Assembly: GCF_036365525.1 (NCBI RefSeq)
Contig: NC_090378.1
Span: 82,514,357-82,578,356 of the forward strand
Direction: 5' to 3'
Length of the DNA: 64,000 nt
From: Heterodontus francisci
Lineage: Eukaryota
Positions 23,182 to 36,287 of this stretch are shown piece after piece. How positions within the stretch are numbered: the stretch's first letter is position 1; the number at the start of each line of letters is the position of its first letter. The translations under genes were made by a program, and so were the position numbers. Below the pieces are notes generated by a model that saw only the letters and a program-made list of their open reading frames with translations, was not told the DNA's origin and did no database searches.

Positions 23182-23648
23182 ATGTCTTCACACACCAATA
23201 CAAGTCCTGCATTTGAATTTGGACCTATCTATGTGCGTGAACGGGGACAACTGCACCTGTTAAATGGTGCTTCAGACTTGAAGGCGAGCACTGGAAAATC
23301 CAAGTCTCTGCGACTGTTTCAAAAGGGCTTCACTGTTAAACTGTGTATCGAAGATGGAGACAAGCCAAGTACTTGCAGGACTGATCACATTGTCTTCACA
23401 TACACAAAGGAAGGGAATCTTCGCTATTCTCCCAAGTCACTTTTTGACGTGGTGCTTGGCTTTATAGCTGACAACATACAGCATGTTGACTCATTAATTG
23501 GCTTCCCAGAGCAGATTGCTGAAAAACTTTTCACTGCGGTAGAAGCAAGGAAGAAATTTATTGACCCTGACACAAGTACCAAGGCTCTATTTATATTCAG
23601 CGAGGCCTACGGAAGTCTTGTGCTCCAGTCCCTGTGTTTACGAGACAG
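23182..23648 (+). CDS. LRRC42: LRRC42 coding exon 1
   Basis: Acceptor tttttcag at 23170, ATG 23182; GPIYVRERGQLH..FTYTKEGNLRYSPKSLF..DSLIGFPEQIAEKLF..EAYGSLVLQSLCLRDR; AG|gtacag. Confidence 0.95.
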
Positions 23649-25233
23649 GTACAGTTTCTCCTGTCTGATCTGATGTGGCAGTGTTGAGAACTGCAGACCT
23701 TACATGTCAGCACCATTCAGAAATAGCCTGCACTGAAAACAGTAACTCATCTGTTCTCTTTACAGATGTTGACTGACCTGCTGCATTTCCAGCACTTTCA
23801 GTTTTTGTTTTAGCTAGTGGGGCTAAAATTGGATTCAGTGCTTCTAAGTTAGGGAGGGGAAAATGGGCAACAAGTCCTGTTCCAGTTGCTATTTAGTGAC
23901 TGCTCCCAGAAGGAGCACAGGAGCAGACGCTAGTTTAGAACAGTTGGGCTTGGTTGTAATGTGCTTTCTCCAACCTCAGTCAAATAGCCTGATGCCACTC
24001 GTTGTCACACAAAGAATGGTGACTTGGAAAAGGCACTTGAGAGCTTTCAATATTCCCCAGTGTGAAACTGCACCTTCAAGTGGTGCTAGAATTAGAAAGA
24101 CGTAAGTTGTTTCCTTGTTCACAGTACAATGCAACTGCTTCATTACATACAGTGTCCAATGAGTATGATGTAAATAATTGAGTTTGGTCATTTAGTGAGC
24201 TTTTAATAAGATTTTGAAAACTTGTTGTTTGAGGGACCTGCCACAGCTGAGAGGGCAGGTAGATCATCTGCCTCCGAAGCTCTGCCAATTGCTGCTGTTG
24301 AGACTTGCGTGCACATATCTTGGTGGCTGTTCTCCCTCTGATCTTGCTACTTAGATGCCTTATGCAGACCAAGCAGCTTCCTGCCATGGTTCAGCTAAGA
24401 TCAAGTACCCAAATGAAGTGAAGCAATAAGACCAACATCTCAGCTCTGTAGCACCACTCAAGTTTGATTGCCGTCACTGAAATGAATGAGATTTAAGTTG
24501 CATCACACTTCTCCGACAACAACATTACAGTTTGAGGACTGTGTGCTGTAGTGTGAGACACTGGTGTTTCACCCTCGGACCAGAGTCTGAAACTAGCAAA
24601 ACTAATTTGATGAACGTGCCCTTTGTTTTCTGACCGTAAGAGCTGTGCATGAAATAAGCTTGGGCAGTCTCAAATTTATTTGCTATTGGGCAGGGGCCTA
24701 CAACATAAGACTGCCCCTAATTTGATGCTAATTGACCATTCAGAGGCCAATGTGCTCACGCTGAAGCACATTGCTGAGGCAGAGTAGAGGACTTTACACC
24801 TAAACGAGTGCCTGACCCAAGAACACTGCATTCAAAGCAGGAAGTGTTCCATTCCTCAGTACTAACAGCCACAGAACTAACGAAAGTAATATCCCTCTTT
24901 TTAAAAAGAAATGTTGTAATGGTTTTGTTTTATAATCGGTTGCTTGAGCTTTAATTATAAACTGGAACTAGGGATAAATAATTAATGGAACAGCTTTCCG
25001 GTGAATGTTGATGCTCATCAAGATGAAGATCAGTTGAACTGGGGACAAAGAATGTAACATTACTGCAGTTATCAAGCTGGGTCTAAGTAGAGAAAGCTTT
25101 GTATCAAAACTGCATTGTAGCTGACCTGGGAATGCTTGATGCAATGAAGTACTGCTAAACGCGTGATGTCTCTCGCCTCCATGGGTACCAGATTCACTAC
25201 AGAATTTTACAAAGGTGCCTTAAAACCTTGCAG

Positions 25234-25365
25234 ATTTTTGATGGTGTCAGAAAAGTTGGAAGAAATCCAGTCTTTTCGTGGCTTGACGTGCTTGGACCTG
25301 TCGAGCTGTAAGCTCGGGGATGAACATGAGCTCCTAATGCACCTGACATCTGAAACCTTAGTGAG
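25234..25365 (+). CDS. LRRC42: LRRC42 coding exon 2
   Basis: ttgcag|A..AG|gtacag; FLMVSEKLEEIQSFRGLTCLDLSSCKLGDEHELLMHLTSETLV. Confidence 0.94.
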
Positions 25366-26324
25366 GTACAGTATGTGTTAATATTTCTGAGAAATGAAAA
25401 ATGTTCAGCAATTCCATGCAAGAGGAATCCTCATGGCATTGTGTCACGCCCTAAGCAGATTCAACACTTCAGCAGTGTACTTGATTGGTACTAGAGTCCT
25501 TAAATGACTAGATGGCTTAAGATCAACCTCCAGGGCAAAAGCAGGGCACAATACCCATTGAGTGGACATAATTAGGATCTGTAACTTAGCCAAAATGCTC
25601 AATGCTGTTAATGATTTCTGTTAATAGAACTTAAACAACTGAGGGATAAATGGATGAAACCTCTTGCACCCAAACTGACTCGTGTATATTTCATTCCAGT
25701 TACAGAGTCTTGTGATAGGTTTCAGGCTATATTAAATATTTAACAAAGCATTTTTACTTTAGTTTTTAAAAATGTATCTAAAATGTAACTTTCTGTAGTA
25801 ATGTGTAACCTTAGTGGGTCCAGCCTGTAATATCCTTCAACAAACAGCACTGTCTAAAACCATATAACAAAAAGTATTTGCTCGTCAGATTTAGATTCAA
25901 TCCTGACTGACCAACAATGCTATAAGACTGCTGCAGTGTCTTCCCCAGCAGGATATCCAAACTGCAACCTATGGTTCATTTGTGTCCCTCGAATTCTTTT
26001 AATCCACCCACAAAGCCCAGGCAATGCAGTTCCATTTCTGATTATATTTTTCACTTGCCGGGAGTGATACAAAATTCAAGGAACTGCTGACACAGAGCTC
26101 ACCGACTCTCTAAAATGTTGTGACACAACCAACCTCCCCTCTCCCAGCTTAATGGTCAATTTCAGCAAATAGTATTTTAATGTCTTTCCTAGAAAACTCT
26201 TAATTGACTTAATTCCTGTTTGTGATGGGGTCACTTGGGTGTTGGATTATAATAGTGATTGTAACAATGTTTTTTTTCTCTCTTTCTCTACACTCACCTT
26301 CACTGTTCCCATTTCCCCCTCCAG

Positions 26325-26443
26325 TCTCATCCACTTGTACCTTAGGGATAATGGACTGTCAGACTGTGGTCTGCGTAAAATGACTGCACCCGTCCGAGTG
26401 ATAAAGAAGGGTTTGGGGAATTTGGAAGTGCTGGATCTGTCTG
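26325..26443 (+). CDS. LRRC42: LRRC42 coding exon 3
   Basis: ctccag|T..G|gtaagt; LIHLYLRDNGLSDCGLRKMTAPVRVIKKGLGNLEVLDLS. Confidence 0.94.
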
Positions 26444-27049
26444 GTAAGTTTATAGGCATTCCAAATAACTGGTTGACTTTCTGCAGTGACATAGATTTAA
26501 AAAAGGTTTTCAGTGCAAAATAGAGATAATATTGGATGTGTACAGCAAAAAATGTGTTAATGTTTTAGGTGGGACCCTCTGCTGACAGTAGTCTTTCTTT
26601 CCCTTTAAGATGCTGGCTGGCCTGTTGTACATTTCCAATGTTACCATCTTTTTCTATCTTTAGATTTTGTGATTATCTGTAGATAAGTATTAACAACAGT
26701 ATGTTCAGTATTTGTGCTGGCAAAATGTTCCTTACTTTAATTCTCATTATACCATAACAGGCTGCACACATTTTGTAACGACTGTACTTGCATCTTGATG
26801 CCCTTATGTTATAGATTAGAGTCAGTCCTTGACAGTTTCTTAAAATGTAAATAGTTTTAAAGTATATCAATGTGTAAATTCTACTGGAATTAAAACAACT
26901 TGTGATGCCATAATTGAAATTTTGTTACCCCTACATTTTGGGAGCAATAAATAGCTTAATTCTGACTTCACCACATCACTATTCAATCAAGTGCTGAACT
27001 ACATAAAGCACTGTACAAGTGTCAGAAAGAAAGAACTTTCATTATTTTT

Positions 27050-29095
27050 TTATTCATTCATGGGATGTGGGCATCACTGGCCAGGCCAGCATTTATTGCC
27101 CATCCCTAATTGCCCTTGAGAAGGTGGTGGTGAGCTGCCTTCTTGAACCGCTGCAGTCCATTTGGGATAGGTATACCCACAGTGCTGTTAGGAAGGGAGT
27201 TCCAGGATTTTGACCCAGCGACAGTGAAGGAACGGCGGCGATATAGTTCCAAATCAGGATGGTGTGTGACTTGGAGGGAAACTTGCAGGTGATGGTGTTC
27301 CCATGTATTTGCTGCCCTTTGTCCTTCTAGTTGGTAGAGGTCGCGGGTTTGCAAGGAGCTGTCTAAGGAGCCTTGGTGCATTGCTGCAGTGCATCTTGTA
27401 GATGGTACACACTGCTGCCACTGCGTCGGTGGTGGAGGGAGTGAATGTTTGTAGATGGGGTGCCAATCAAGCAGGCTGCTTTGTCCCGGATGGTGTCGAG
27501 CTTCTTGAGTGTTGTTGGAGCTGCACCCATCCAGGCAAGTGGAGAGTATTCCATCACACTCCTGACTTGTGCCTTGTAGAGGAGTCAGGAGGTGAGTTAC
27601 TCGCCTCAGGATTCCTAGCCTCTGACCTGCTCTTGTAGCCACGGTATTTATATGGCTACTCCAGTTCAGTTTTTGGTCAATGGTAGCCCCCAGGATGTTG
27701 ATAGTGGGGGAATTCAGTGATGGTAATGCCGTTGAATGTCATGGGGAGATGGTTAGATTCTCTCTTGTTGGAGATGGTCATTGCCTGGCACTTGAGTGGC
27801 GCGAATGTTACTTGCCACTTCTCAGCCCAAGCCTGGATATTGTCCAGGTCTTGCTGCATTTCTACATGGACTGCTTCAGTATCTGAGGAGTCACAAATGG
27901 TGCTGATCATTGTGCAATCATCAGTGAACATCCCCACTTCTGACCTTATGATTGAAGGAAGGTCATTGATGAAGCAGCTGAAGATGATTGGGCCTAGGAC
28001 ACTACCCTGAGGAACTCCTGCAGTGATGTCCTGGAGCTCAGATGATTGACCTGCAACAACCACAACCATCTTCCTTTGCACTAGGTATGACTCCAGCCAG
28101 CCGAGGGTTTCCCCCTGATTTCCATTGACCTCAGTTTTGCTAGGGCTCCTTGATGCCATACTCAGTCAAATGCTGCCTTGATGTCAAGGGCAGTCACTCT
28201 CACCTCACCTCTTGAGTTCAGCTCTTTTGTCCATGTTTGAACCAAGGCTGTAACGAGGTCAGGAGCTGAGTGGCCCTGGCGGAACCCAAACTGAGCGTCA
28301 CTGAGCAGGTTATTGCTAAGCAATAATATGGGCGGCGCAGTGGTTAGCGGAGCAGCCTCACAGCTCCAGCAACCCGGGTTCAATTCTGGGTACTGCCTGT
28401 GCGGAGTTTGCAAGTTCTCCCTGTGAACCACGTGGGTTTTCGCCAGATGCTCCGGTTTCCTCCCACAGCCAAAGACTTGCAGGTTGATAGGTAAATTGGC
28501 CATTATAAATTGTCCGTATAATAGGTAGGTGGTAGGGGAATTGAGGGAATGTGGGGATGTGGTAGGAATATGGGATTAATGTAGGATTAGTATAAATGGG
28601 TGGTTGATGGTTGGCACAGACTCGCGGTGGGCCGAAGGGCCTGTTTCAGTGCTGTATCTCTAAATAAATAAATAAAGTGCCGCTTGAAGACACTGTTGAT
28701 GACACCTTCCATCACTTTACTGATTATTGAGAGTAGGCTGATGGGGCAGTAATTGGCCGGGTTGGACTTGTCCTGCTTTTTGTGTACAGGACATACCTGG
28801 GCCATTTTCCACATTGCAGGGTAGATGCCAGTGTTGTAGCTGTACTGGAACAGCTTGGCTAGGGGCGCGGCAAGTTCTGGAGCACAGGTCTTCAGTACTA
28901 TTGCCGGAATATTGTCAGGGCCCATAGCTTTTGCAGTATCCAGTGCCTTCAGTCGTTTCTTGATATCACGTGGAGTGAATCAAATTGGCTGAAGTCTGTC
29001 ATGTGTGATGCTGGGGACTTCAGGAGGGGGCCGAGATGGATCATCAACTCGGCACTTCTAGCTGAAGATTGTTGCAAATGCTTCAGCCTTATCTT
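27050..29095 (-). mobile_element. CR1-clade LINE, 5'-truncated and decayed, with internal HE1 SINE
   Basis: RT peptides GPDNIPAIVLK..NYCPISLLS, QFGFRQGHS..LDIKAAFD, GVPQGSVLGP..FTDD. Confidence 0.88.
28330..28676 (+). mobile_element. HE1-type V-SINE inserted in LINE
   Basis: Full head, V-domain and (TAAA)n tail; LINE resumes after it. Confidence 0.88.
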
Positions 29096-29582
29096 TTATA
29101 TGTAGCCTTTCCCAAGACACTTCAAAGCCAATGAAGTGTAGTCATTGCTGCTGTGATGGAGCCAATTGGTTTAATGTCTCATCCAAAAGACAGTAGCTCA
29201 ATTCTGCAGTGAAGTGTCAGCCTAAACTATGTGCTCAAGTCTCTTGAGTGGGGCTTTAATCCTCAATCTTCTGACTCAGAGGGTGCAATCACTGAGCCAA
29301 GACTGGCTCTTCAGTGCAGGTTGAGATAGTTATTTTTAGTTACATGTGTCACAGAAAAGGAAATCAATATTGTGAGAATTAACCATTAGATTGCAGCGAT
29401 AAGATTTTGCAGATGGTTCAGTGGATAAGAGCACTGTTCACAGTGGTAATGAATAATACAAACCAGAAGTTTCCAGGTTTGATCCCTAGTCTATGCTGAA
29501 GTTATCATAATTTTAGGGAATGCTTCTCATTTGCAATAATTCAGGAAATATGGTGTCTTGAGGGACTGAAATTTCAACCTAT

Positions 29583-29810
29583 GTTTTCGCCGGGTGCTCC
29601 GGTTTCCTCCCACATCCAAAAGACTTGCAGGTGATAGGTAAATTGGCCGTTGTAAATTGCCCCTAGTGTAGGGAGGTGATAGAGAATATGGGATTACTGT
29701 AGGGTTAGTATAAATGGGTGGTTGTTGGTCGGCACAGACTCGGTGGGCCGAAGGGCCTGTTTCAGTGCTGTATCTCTAAATAAATAAAATAAAAATAAAT
29801 AAAAATAAAC
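29583..29810 (+). mobile_element. HE1-type SINE, 3' part
   Basis: V-domain end plus tail and A-rich repeat. Confidence 0.8.
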
Positions 29811-29812
29811 CA

Positions 29813-30044
29813 GGTGTTAGCTGTGGCTCAGTTGGTTGTACTTTTGCTTCTGAATCAGAAAGTTGTGGGTTCAAATTCCACTCCAGGACTTGAGTACAAA
29901 AATCAAGCTGCCACTCCAGTGCAGTACTGAAGGAGTGCTGCACCTTTGAAGGTGCTGTCTTTCAGATGAGACATTAAACCAAGGCCCCACCTGTCCTCTT
30001 GGGTAGATGTAATGGATCCCGTGGCACTATTCCAAAGATGTCCT
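29813..30044 (+). mobile_element. Deu-domain SINE (SacSINE1-like), cut by the LTR element
   Basis: tRNA head (gctgtggctcagttgg..gggttcaaat) plus Deu-like core (ggtgctgtctttcagatgagacattaaacc); relatives at ~29095-29310(-), ~38020-38275(-), ~45700-46020(-), ~53215-53640(+). Confidence 0.7.
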
Positions 30045-30254
30045 TGTTAAATTCTAGAAAGCTTGTTGTGGAAGGATGATGCTGGAGCCTATGTTTACTC
30101 AGTTTCACATTTATTGTACAGAGTAAAAGGATTACAAGCATGTAACTCCTTACTCAAAAACCTCCACCATTCTCAGTGTCTGCTTATAAGTGCTCAAGTT
30201 AGACCCCAATTAACACCAACTGCATATAATTAAACAATTGATACACAATTAACA
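30045..30254 (-). repeat. 3' LTR (210 bp) of the copia element
   Basis: TGTTAA..TTAACA termini; polypurine tract AAAGAAAGAAGGGAATC immediately upstream (30255-30271, minus); internal TATAAG and AATAAA (30110-30115, minus). Confidence 0.82.
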
Positions 30255-33200
30255 GATTCCCTTCTTTCTTTGATTATATGTGGATTAATATGCTCAAACA
30301 ACATTTCAAAATAAATTCCATTTTATGTACCAAGTGTTAACAGGCTCATAGAACACTTCAAAATAAATTCCATATTAGGTACAAAGTATTACATTGTGAG
30401 ACACCCCTCCTCAAGCACCCCTAACAATTTCTTTGCACTAGCATTTCTTCTTGTGAAATAATCGTATAGCTGATGACTTGCATCTACCCATTTAAGTTTT
30501 GAGATTTCCTTTCTCTCCAGCATTTGTTTCAATCCAGCAAGGTCAATACATAGCCTTTTCTCTCACACACTTTTTGTAGAGTGTACATTGTCCCATAAAG
30601 AACGATTATCCACATAACATTCAATGGGTATTCTATTTTCAGTATGTCCCTCATTCAGAATTTCAGCCACAACATTTGACTAAAAGAACCCTATATCCAC
30701 TGTCTCCACAAGACCCAGTATTTCTGCAGCTAAAGTGCTTTTAATGACCCATTTTATTTTCTTAGCTTCCCAAGCTAAAAGACAACATTTTCCATTTTCA
30801 CCTATCAGAAATATTATGAAACCAGCTGCACTTGAATAACCATCAGCAAGATTAACATGTGAAGCATCACTAAAAATTACTAGCTTCATGTTCTTTGGAT
30901 TATCTAAGGATGTGAACTTCAGTACACATTTCTCCAGATTTTATTTTTTAATGTTTTATTTGCCCTTAAAACATCCTCAATTTTCGGATGTTTCATCACT
31001 GTGCTTAACTCCAGCACATCAAAACTAGCATCAGGTCTAGTCTGAGCACACAACCAGTTTAATTGACCAATCAAGCTCCGTAATTGTTCAGTCTCTTCTG
31101 TCTCTGCTTTAGATATGTCATCATCTTTCTGTGATGATCTTGCACAATTAACTGGGATGGGAGTAACACTCTCTAAATAGGATTGTTGTTTTAAAGTTAT
31201 TCCAGACTTAGTCTGCTTATTATCTAAACCAGTATATTTAAAGGCCCCTTAAGCCTGACACCCAATCTTAAATTCTGCCCTAATCTTATTAATAACATAT
31301 TTCTGAAAATTCGCAGTACCACCCAATAAGAAATCATCAACATGCATCATGAAGATGCCTGAAAGTTTCCCTTTGATACCAATAAAACATTGCAGGATCT
31401 GCTTTTAGTTGAACACAACGAATTTTCAACAAAACAGATCTCACTAATAGATACCACAGCCTGGAAGCATAGTTTGGGCCATAGACGCATTTGTTCAGTT
31501 TCCATAGTTGTCCTTCTGCATCTGCTGCCTCTTTAGGTGGTTTCAGAAACACTTCTCTCTGAAAAGCATCACCCGGCAGAAATGCGGCTTTTATGTCAAT
31601 GGATCTACACTCCCATGAATCTGTGGCCAAAAGAGTTAAAGAGTTTCAAGATTACTTTTCCAACTGTGGGAGAGTCCACTTTATCATCGGTATTCCCCCA
31701 GTCGCTCTTCAAAACCCCTCACAACTAGCTTCACTTTAGCCTTATAAGTCCCATCGGGAAAGACCTTTTCAGTACAAATCCATCTATGCGACAAGGCTGG
31801 CTGTCCCCTATCTGGTACCTCAAAATAAGCTCCAAACTCTCTCTAATTCTTTATGTTTTGCTTCTCTTATTAGTTTATCAAGTTTATTGGCAGCCACTAA
31901 AACTTCATGGTCATGAGGACTTCTGCTTCTAGTTCTAATCCAAGACTGTTCTTTAGCCTCCGTTTTGTTGTGGAATCTGTTCAAACTATTACCTCTGTTA
32001 GCACCTTGATATCTTTCGGATCTACTGCTATAAGCGCTCTCTTGCACACTATAGTAGGCTCTTTCTCCAGTACGTAATCACTTCCTTACACAAGAGTCAC
32101 TTCAGAGCCAGTATTATAACTTGCACTGCACGTTCTTACTGTCCACTTTTACACCCCATTTTGCCAGTCCATGGACCTTGCTTCTTGGCCATCATCTTGA
32201 ACATTCAACCAATATTTAAACTTGCCTGTAGATTTTCCTGCACGTCCCACATTCTCCTGCATTCTCCCATTTATCAGACCCCTCTGGAATATATGTTACC
32301 CGAGTACCTACCCGGGGCAATTGGCCTTTGGATGAGATAGCTCTTTCCTGAGCATCATGATCACTCACATTACTATCCAACCCTTGATCTACCTCATTCT
32401 ATTCATCAAGAACTTCATCACAAAACACATAAGCATTTGAGATACAAGTTGCCTCATTTCCCTCTATCAGCTACTCATATTCTGAGATTCTGTAATCAAT
32501 CCTGATTAATTTCAAGGAATGAACCTTAGCAGTTTGATTTCCATGCTTTTAACTACTGTTTTACCATCACACCCTAATATCTTACCAGGGCCCTTCCATT
32601 CCCTAGGACCCTCTCGATAATACACCAAATCTCCTGAATTAAATTCTACCTCAGAGCTCTCCAGATTTTCTTCGGCTTTCATCAAGGCTGAAGTCTCTAT
32701 CACCCTGCATGTAAAGCATTCAAATGTGCAGAAAAAAATGGAAGTCATTGTAGTACCTTCTAGAGCAGGAGGACTGTCGCACAGTACAGAAGGCAATTTG
32801 GGATTCCGCGCAGAGACCAATTGATGGGGACTATATCCTCCAATCATCTGAAGTGAATTCTTTGCATGAACCGCCCATGCCAGGGTGGTTGTCAACTTGC
32901 AGTTTGGTTCGTCAGCTAAGATTTTATGCAGCCGCAGTATTCAAAACCATAATGTTCATGTTTTCACACGTCTCTGAACTCGTCATTGGCAAATTCCCCT
33001 CCATTATCAGTCAGAACCTTAGCTGATGGCCCAAGTCCAGTCCCTATCCATTTCTCCATGATATTATCTATAATCACCCTTGCCATTTATTATTATAGAA
33101 AAACTAAATCTAGTTGCTAGGTCTATAAAATGTATAATGAAAATATTCTTGTCTTTGTCCCAAATCTTTAAATCCACGGCAACTACCTCATTAACATCAC

Positions 33201-34018
33201 ATGCCAATGAAAGGCTTACAATAGGACATGATGGTGTCCTCTGATACTTTATACAGATCTCACACTTTTCACTAATCTCTTCTATTATCCTCGTATACTC
33301 TTCATCAATCACACAATTTTAATCTGACAAAAAGGGTGAGCAAATTGTCTATGTAACTTTAAAACAATTTGCTTTTTATCACTGATTCTTATCACCTGAT
33401 GCCATTAATACTTCTCTAACACTCTGACTAGAAACAGCAGGCTTTGTTAAGGAGATATAATAATGCCCTGACTGGATAAACTGTAAATTCAGACTTTCCA
33501 AAAACAATTGCCCTTTCATGCTCCATATCAAGTTTCATTTGTGCCTTTTTCATTGAAGGTTTACTCAACAGTCAAGGTATCTCACTGGAGACCTCATCAG
33601 TACTGATAATGTGGCTTACTCCAGCTATTTTACATGGGATTACTACTCTCTTCAGTGACTTCAGTCAAACCTAAAGCTGGTAGTACTTTATTCTCCTTAA
33701 CCTTGCATTAATCTTCACCACTGAGTCAATCCAGATAACATTGTAACCAATCAATTCCACATACTGTCGATGTGCAAGCACAACTAATACAGCAGAGTTG
33801 AATGAATCTGCAACTAGCACATTCATTACAGGACTAAAATGCCTTGTGACTAGTACAATTTGTTCAGATTCATCAGTATTTTCCTCTTCTGCCTCAGAAT
33901 TCTCTGTCATGTGTTATTTTGCAGACTCTGCCTCTCTGCTTTGGGTAGTTCATTGCATAATGATACATTGAGTCACACTTGAAGCACCTATTAACTGTTC
34001 TTGGGCATTCATGGGATT
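30045..34018 (-). mobile_element. Ty1/copia LTR retrotransposon (GalEa-like), decayed, 5' LTR missing
   Basis: Minus-strand order: gag knuckle (RCFKCDSMYHYAMNY, ~33945-33989) - protease - integrase (CEIC..VAVDL..IDLATRFS) - RT (IDIKAAFL..LWKLNKCVYG; HVDD at 31333-31344) - RNase H (FSDAS..KSTLAAE..KRLCIDL); many stops and frameshifts. Confidence 0.88.
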
Positions 34019-34081
34019 CTTACAGTAGGATTCTTAAACAGAAACCAGTTATCACCTGCACTGTTGTTTCTTCTGCACCAG

Positions 34082-34170
34082 GTAACCCCAGAATCAGTGA
34101 GCATGGTATGCGATATTTATTCTGCTTTTCAAAGCTGAGGGCTCTGGATATCTCAGGAACTGGTGTTACG
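34082..34170 (+). CDS. LRRC42: LRRC42 coding exon 4
   Basis: caccag|GT..ACG|gtgagg; (G)NPRISEHGMRYLFCFSKLRALDISGTGVT. Confidence 0.92.
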
Positions 34171-34429
34171 GTGAGGATGGATAATAGTTTCCCATTTAAT
34201 ATGCCATTATCTTAGTGGTATCCAAACTGGAACTAATTCCTATACTGATTACTATAGATTTGATACAAAATTTCTTTGAAATCAGCTACAGATTTCTGAA
34301 TGATGTCTAACTTGTTAACTCCATTGCATTCTGGAATACAGAATGTTTGGAGAATTGGCAACAACAAAATAACTATTTAAAACTGAATCAAATTCCCATG
34401 TCAACTGAAACAGTAAATATGATCAAATA

Positions 34430-35145
34430 CAAACCAAAGTGAACCAGACTGTTTGCAACTTGGTGTTTTGCTTAACTTCTGACCACATTTCCGCTGCATT
34501 ACCAACACTGCCTACTTCCACCTCTTTATGATTGCCTGACTCCATCCCTGCCTCAATGTATCTGCCCCTGAAGCCCTCATCCATGCCTTTGTTGCCTGTT
34601 GACTTGACTATTCCAGTGCTGTCCTGGCAGGCTTCCCATCTTCCACCTTTCACGAACTTAAGCTCATACAAAGCTTTACTGCCCTCATCCTGATTTGTAC
34701 CAAGTCACATTCATTCATCATCCCTATGCTCATTGACTTACATTGGCTCCTGCTCTGTCAATGCCTCCATTTTAAAATGCTCATCCTTCGTTTCAAAGCC
34801 CACCATGGCCTCTCCCTTCCCTATCTCTGTAACGTCGTACAGCCCTCTGCAATCTCTGCACCCCTCCAATCTGGCCTTTCGCACATCCTAATTTTAATTA
34901 TTCCACCAGTGGGAGCTGTGCCTTCAGTTGCCTGGTCTCTTAGCTCTGGAATTCCCTCCCCTCTCCACCTCTCATTCCTCCTTTAAGACGCTCCTTAAAA
35001 TCTACCTCTTTAACCAACCTTTTGGTCATCTGCCCTGATAAGCCTTATGTGGTTTGTTGTCCAATTTTAATTGATATCATTCCTATAACGCATCTTAGGG
35101 TGTTTTACTATGCTCAAGATGCTATTTAAACACAAGTTGTTGTTA
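34430..35145 (+). mobile_element. L2-like LINE 3' fragment
   Basis: Decayed LIDLHWL..FKMLIL.FKA.HGL..PYL peptide; tail matches the 7316-7577/9806-9880 copy. Confidence 0.7.
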
Positions 35146-35151
35146 CTTCAG

Positions 35152-35384
35152 TAAAACAAGAAATGCTAGAAATACTCAGCAGGTCTGGCAGCATCTGTGG
35201 AGAGAGAGGCAAAGTTAACGTTTCAGGTCAGTGACCCTTCATCAGATCTGATGAAGGGTCACTGACCTGAAACGTTAACTTTGCCTCTCTCTCCACAGAT
35301 GCTGCCAGACCTGCTGAGTGTTTCTAGCATTTCTTGTTTTTATTTCAGATTTCCAGCATCTGCAGTATTTTGCTTTTTATTATA
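35152..35384. mobile_element. Penelope-like fold-back insertion with 15-bp TSD and hammerhead-like cores
   Basis: 94-bp arms 35153-35246/35247-35340 with one mismatch; TSD TTGTTGTTACTTCAG at 35137-35151 and 35385-35399. Confidence 0.8.
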
Positions 35385-36173
35385 TTGTTGTTACTTCAGG
35401 TTGTAAATTAATCTCTTCGTTTAGATGGCAGTTAAACTGCTCAAGTTTATCTCAGGGTTTCTGATCTGACTCCCTCTGTTGGATTACTACCCTCTAATTG
35501 TTTCTATGTAATACTTATTCTGATTTTGATGCTATTGCCCTGCCCTCTTTGTTTCATTTTCCTCCTTCCCTCCTCCCCTGAAGGCACTGATTGTTGCAAT
35601 ACAGTTCCATGTGCAGCAACTACCTTTTGATAACTTGCCCAAGTGGCCTTTTTTCTTATCTAGGTCCAGTGAATGGAGGTGTTCTAGTCCATTCATTGAT
35701 AGGAAACAGTACCTGTCGAACCTGATTCTGTCCTCATTCAATATCCAGGCACATGATTTCCAGTGGGGTTTTTTTGATGTTGATCAGAAGCAGGAATCTT
35801 GACTGATCTTTTCTCATTCCCATTTTCCCCTTCTTCCACTGTCCAAGGATGCTGAGACCAATTGTAATGCCTCAGCTGCTGCCCCGACAGGGATCAGCAG
35901 AGTACAACCTCAGGAGCAGACCTGGTCTGTGTAATATTGGGTGGCATATTAACTAATTGAGCCATCAGGGGAGCAAGCTATTGAATTGTTACAATCTTTG
36001 GTGCAATTTTCTTCTATTAACCGGAGATACGCACCTCCTGCTACTATAAGGTCACCACCAATATATCCAGGCAGCTGTCAGGAGGTAAAGACTTCCCATC
36101 TAATTTTCCCAATTATAGAAAATTAATGGTGTAAAAAAAGTTTCTCATTAGTTTTAATTTTCCTCTGTAATAG

Positions 36174-36287
36174 CCCAATTGTTCATCAGTCCAAACGATT
36201 CAGAGCAAGTTGTCGCTCTTTGCTGCTGGGGAACCTCTGGAGGAGTTTGAACACTCGTGCTGCAGGACAGAAGGCTGGGCAGAACAG
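36174..36287 (+). CDS. LRRC42: LRRC42 coding exon 5
   Basis: taatag|CCC..CAG|gtactg; PNCSSVQTIQSKLSLFAAGEPLEEFEHSCCRTEGWAEQ. Confidence 0.9.

Noticed and set aside
25215-25233. U12-type branch point (CCTTAA) before LRRC42 coding exon 2
   Set aside because: The matching donor is GTACAG, not the U12 consensus GTATCCTT
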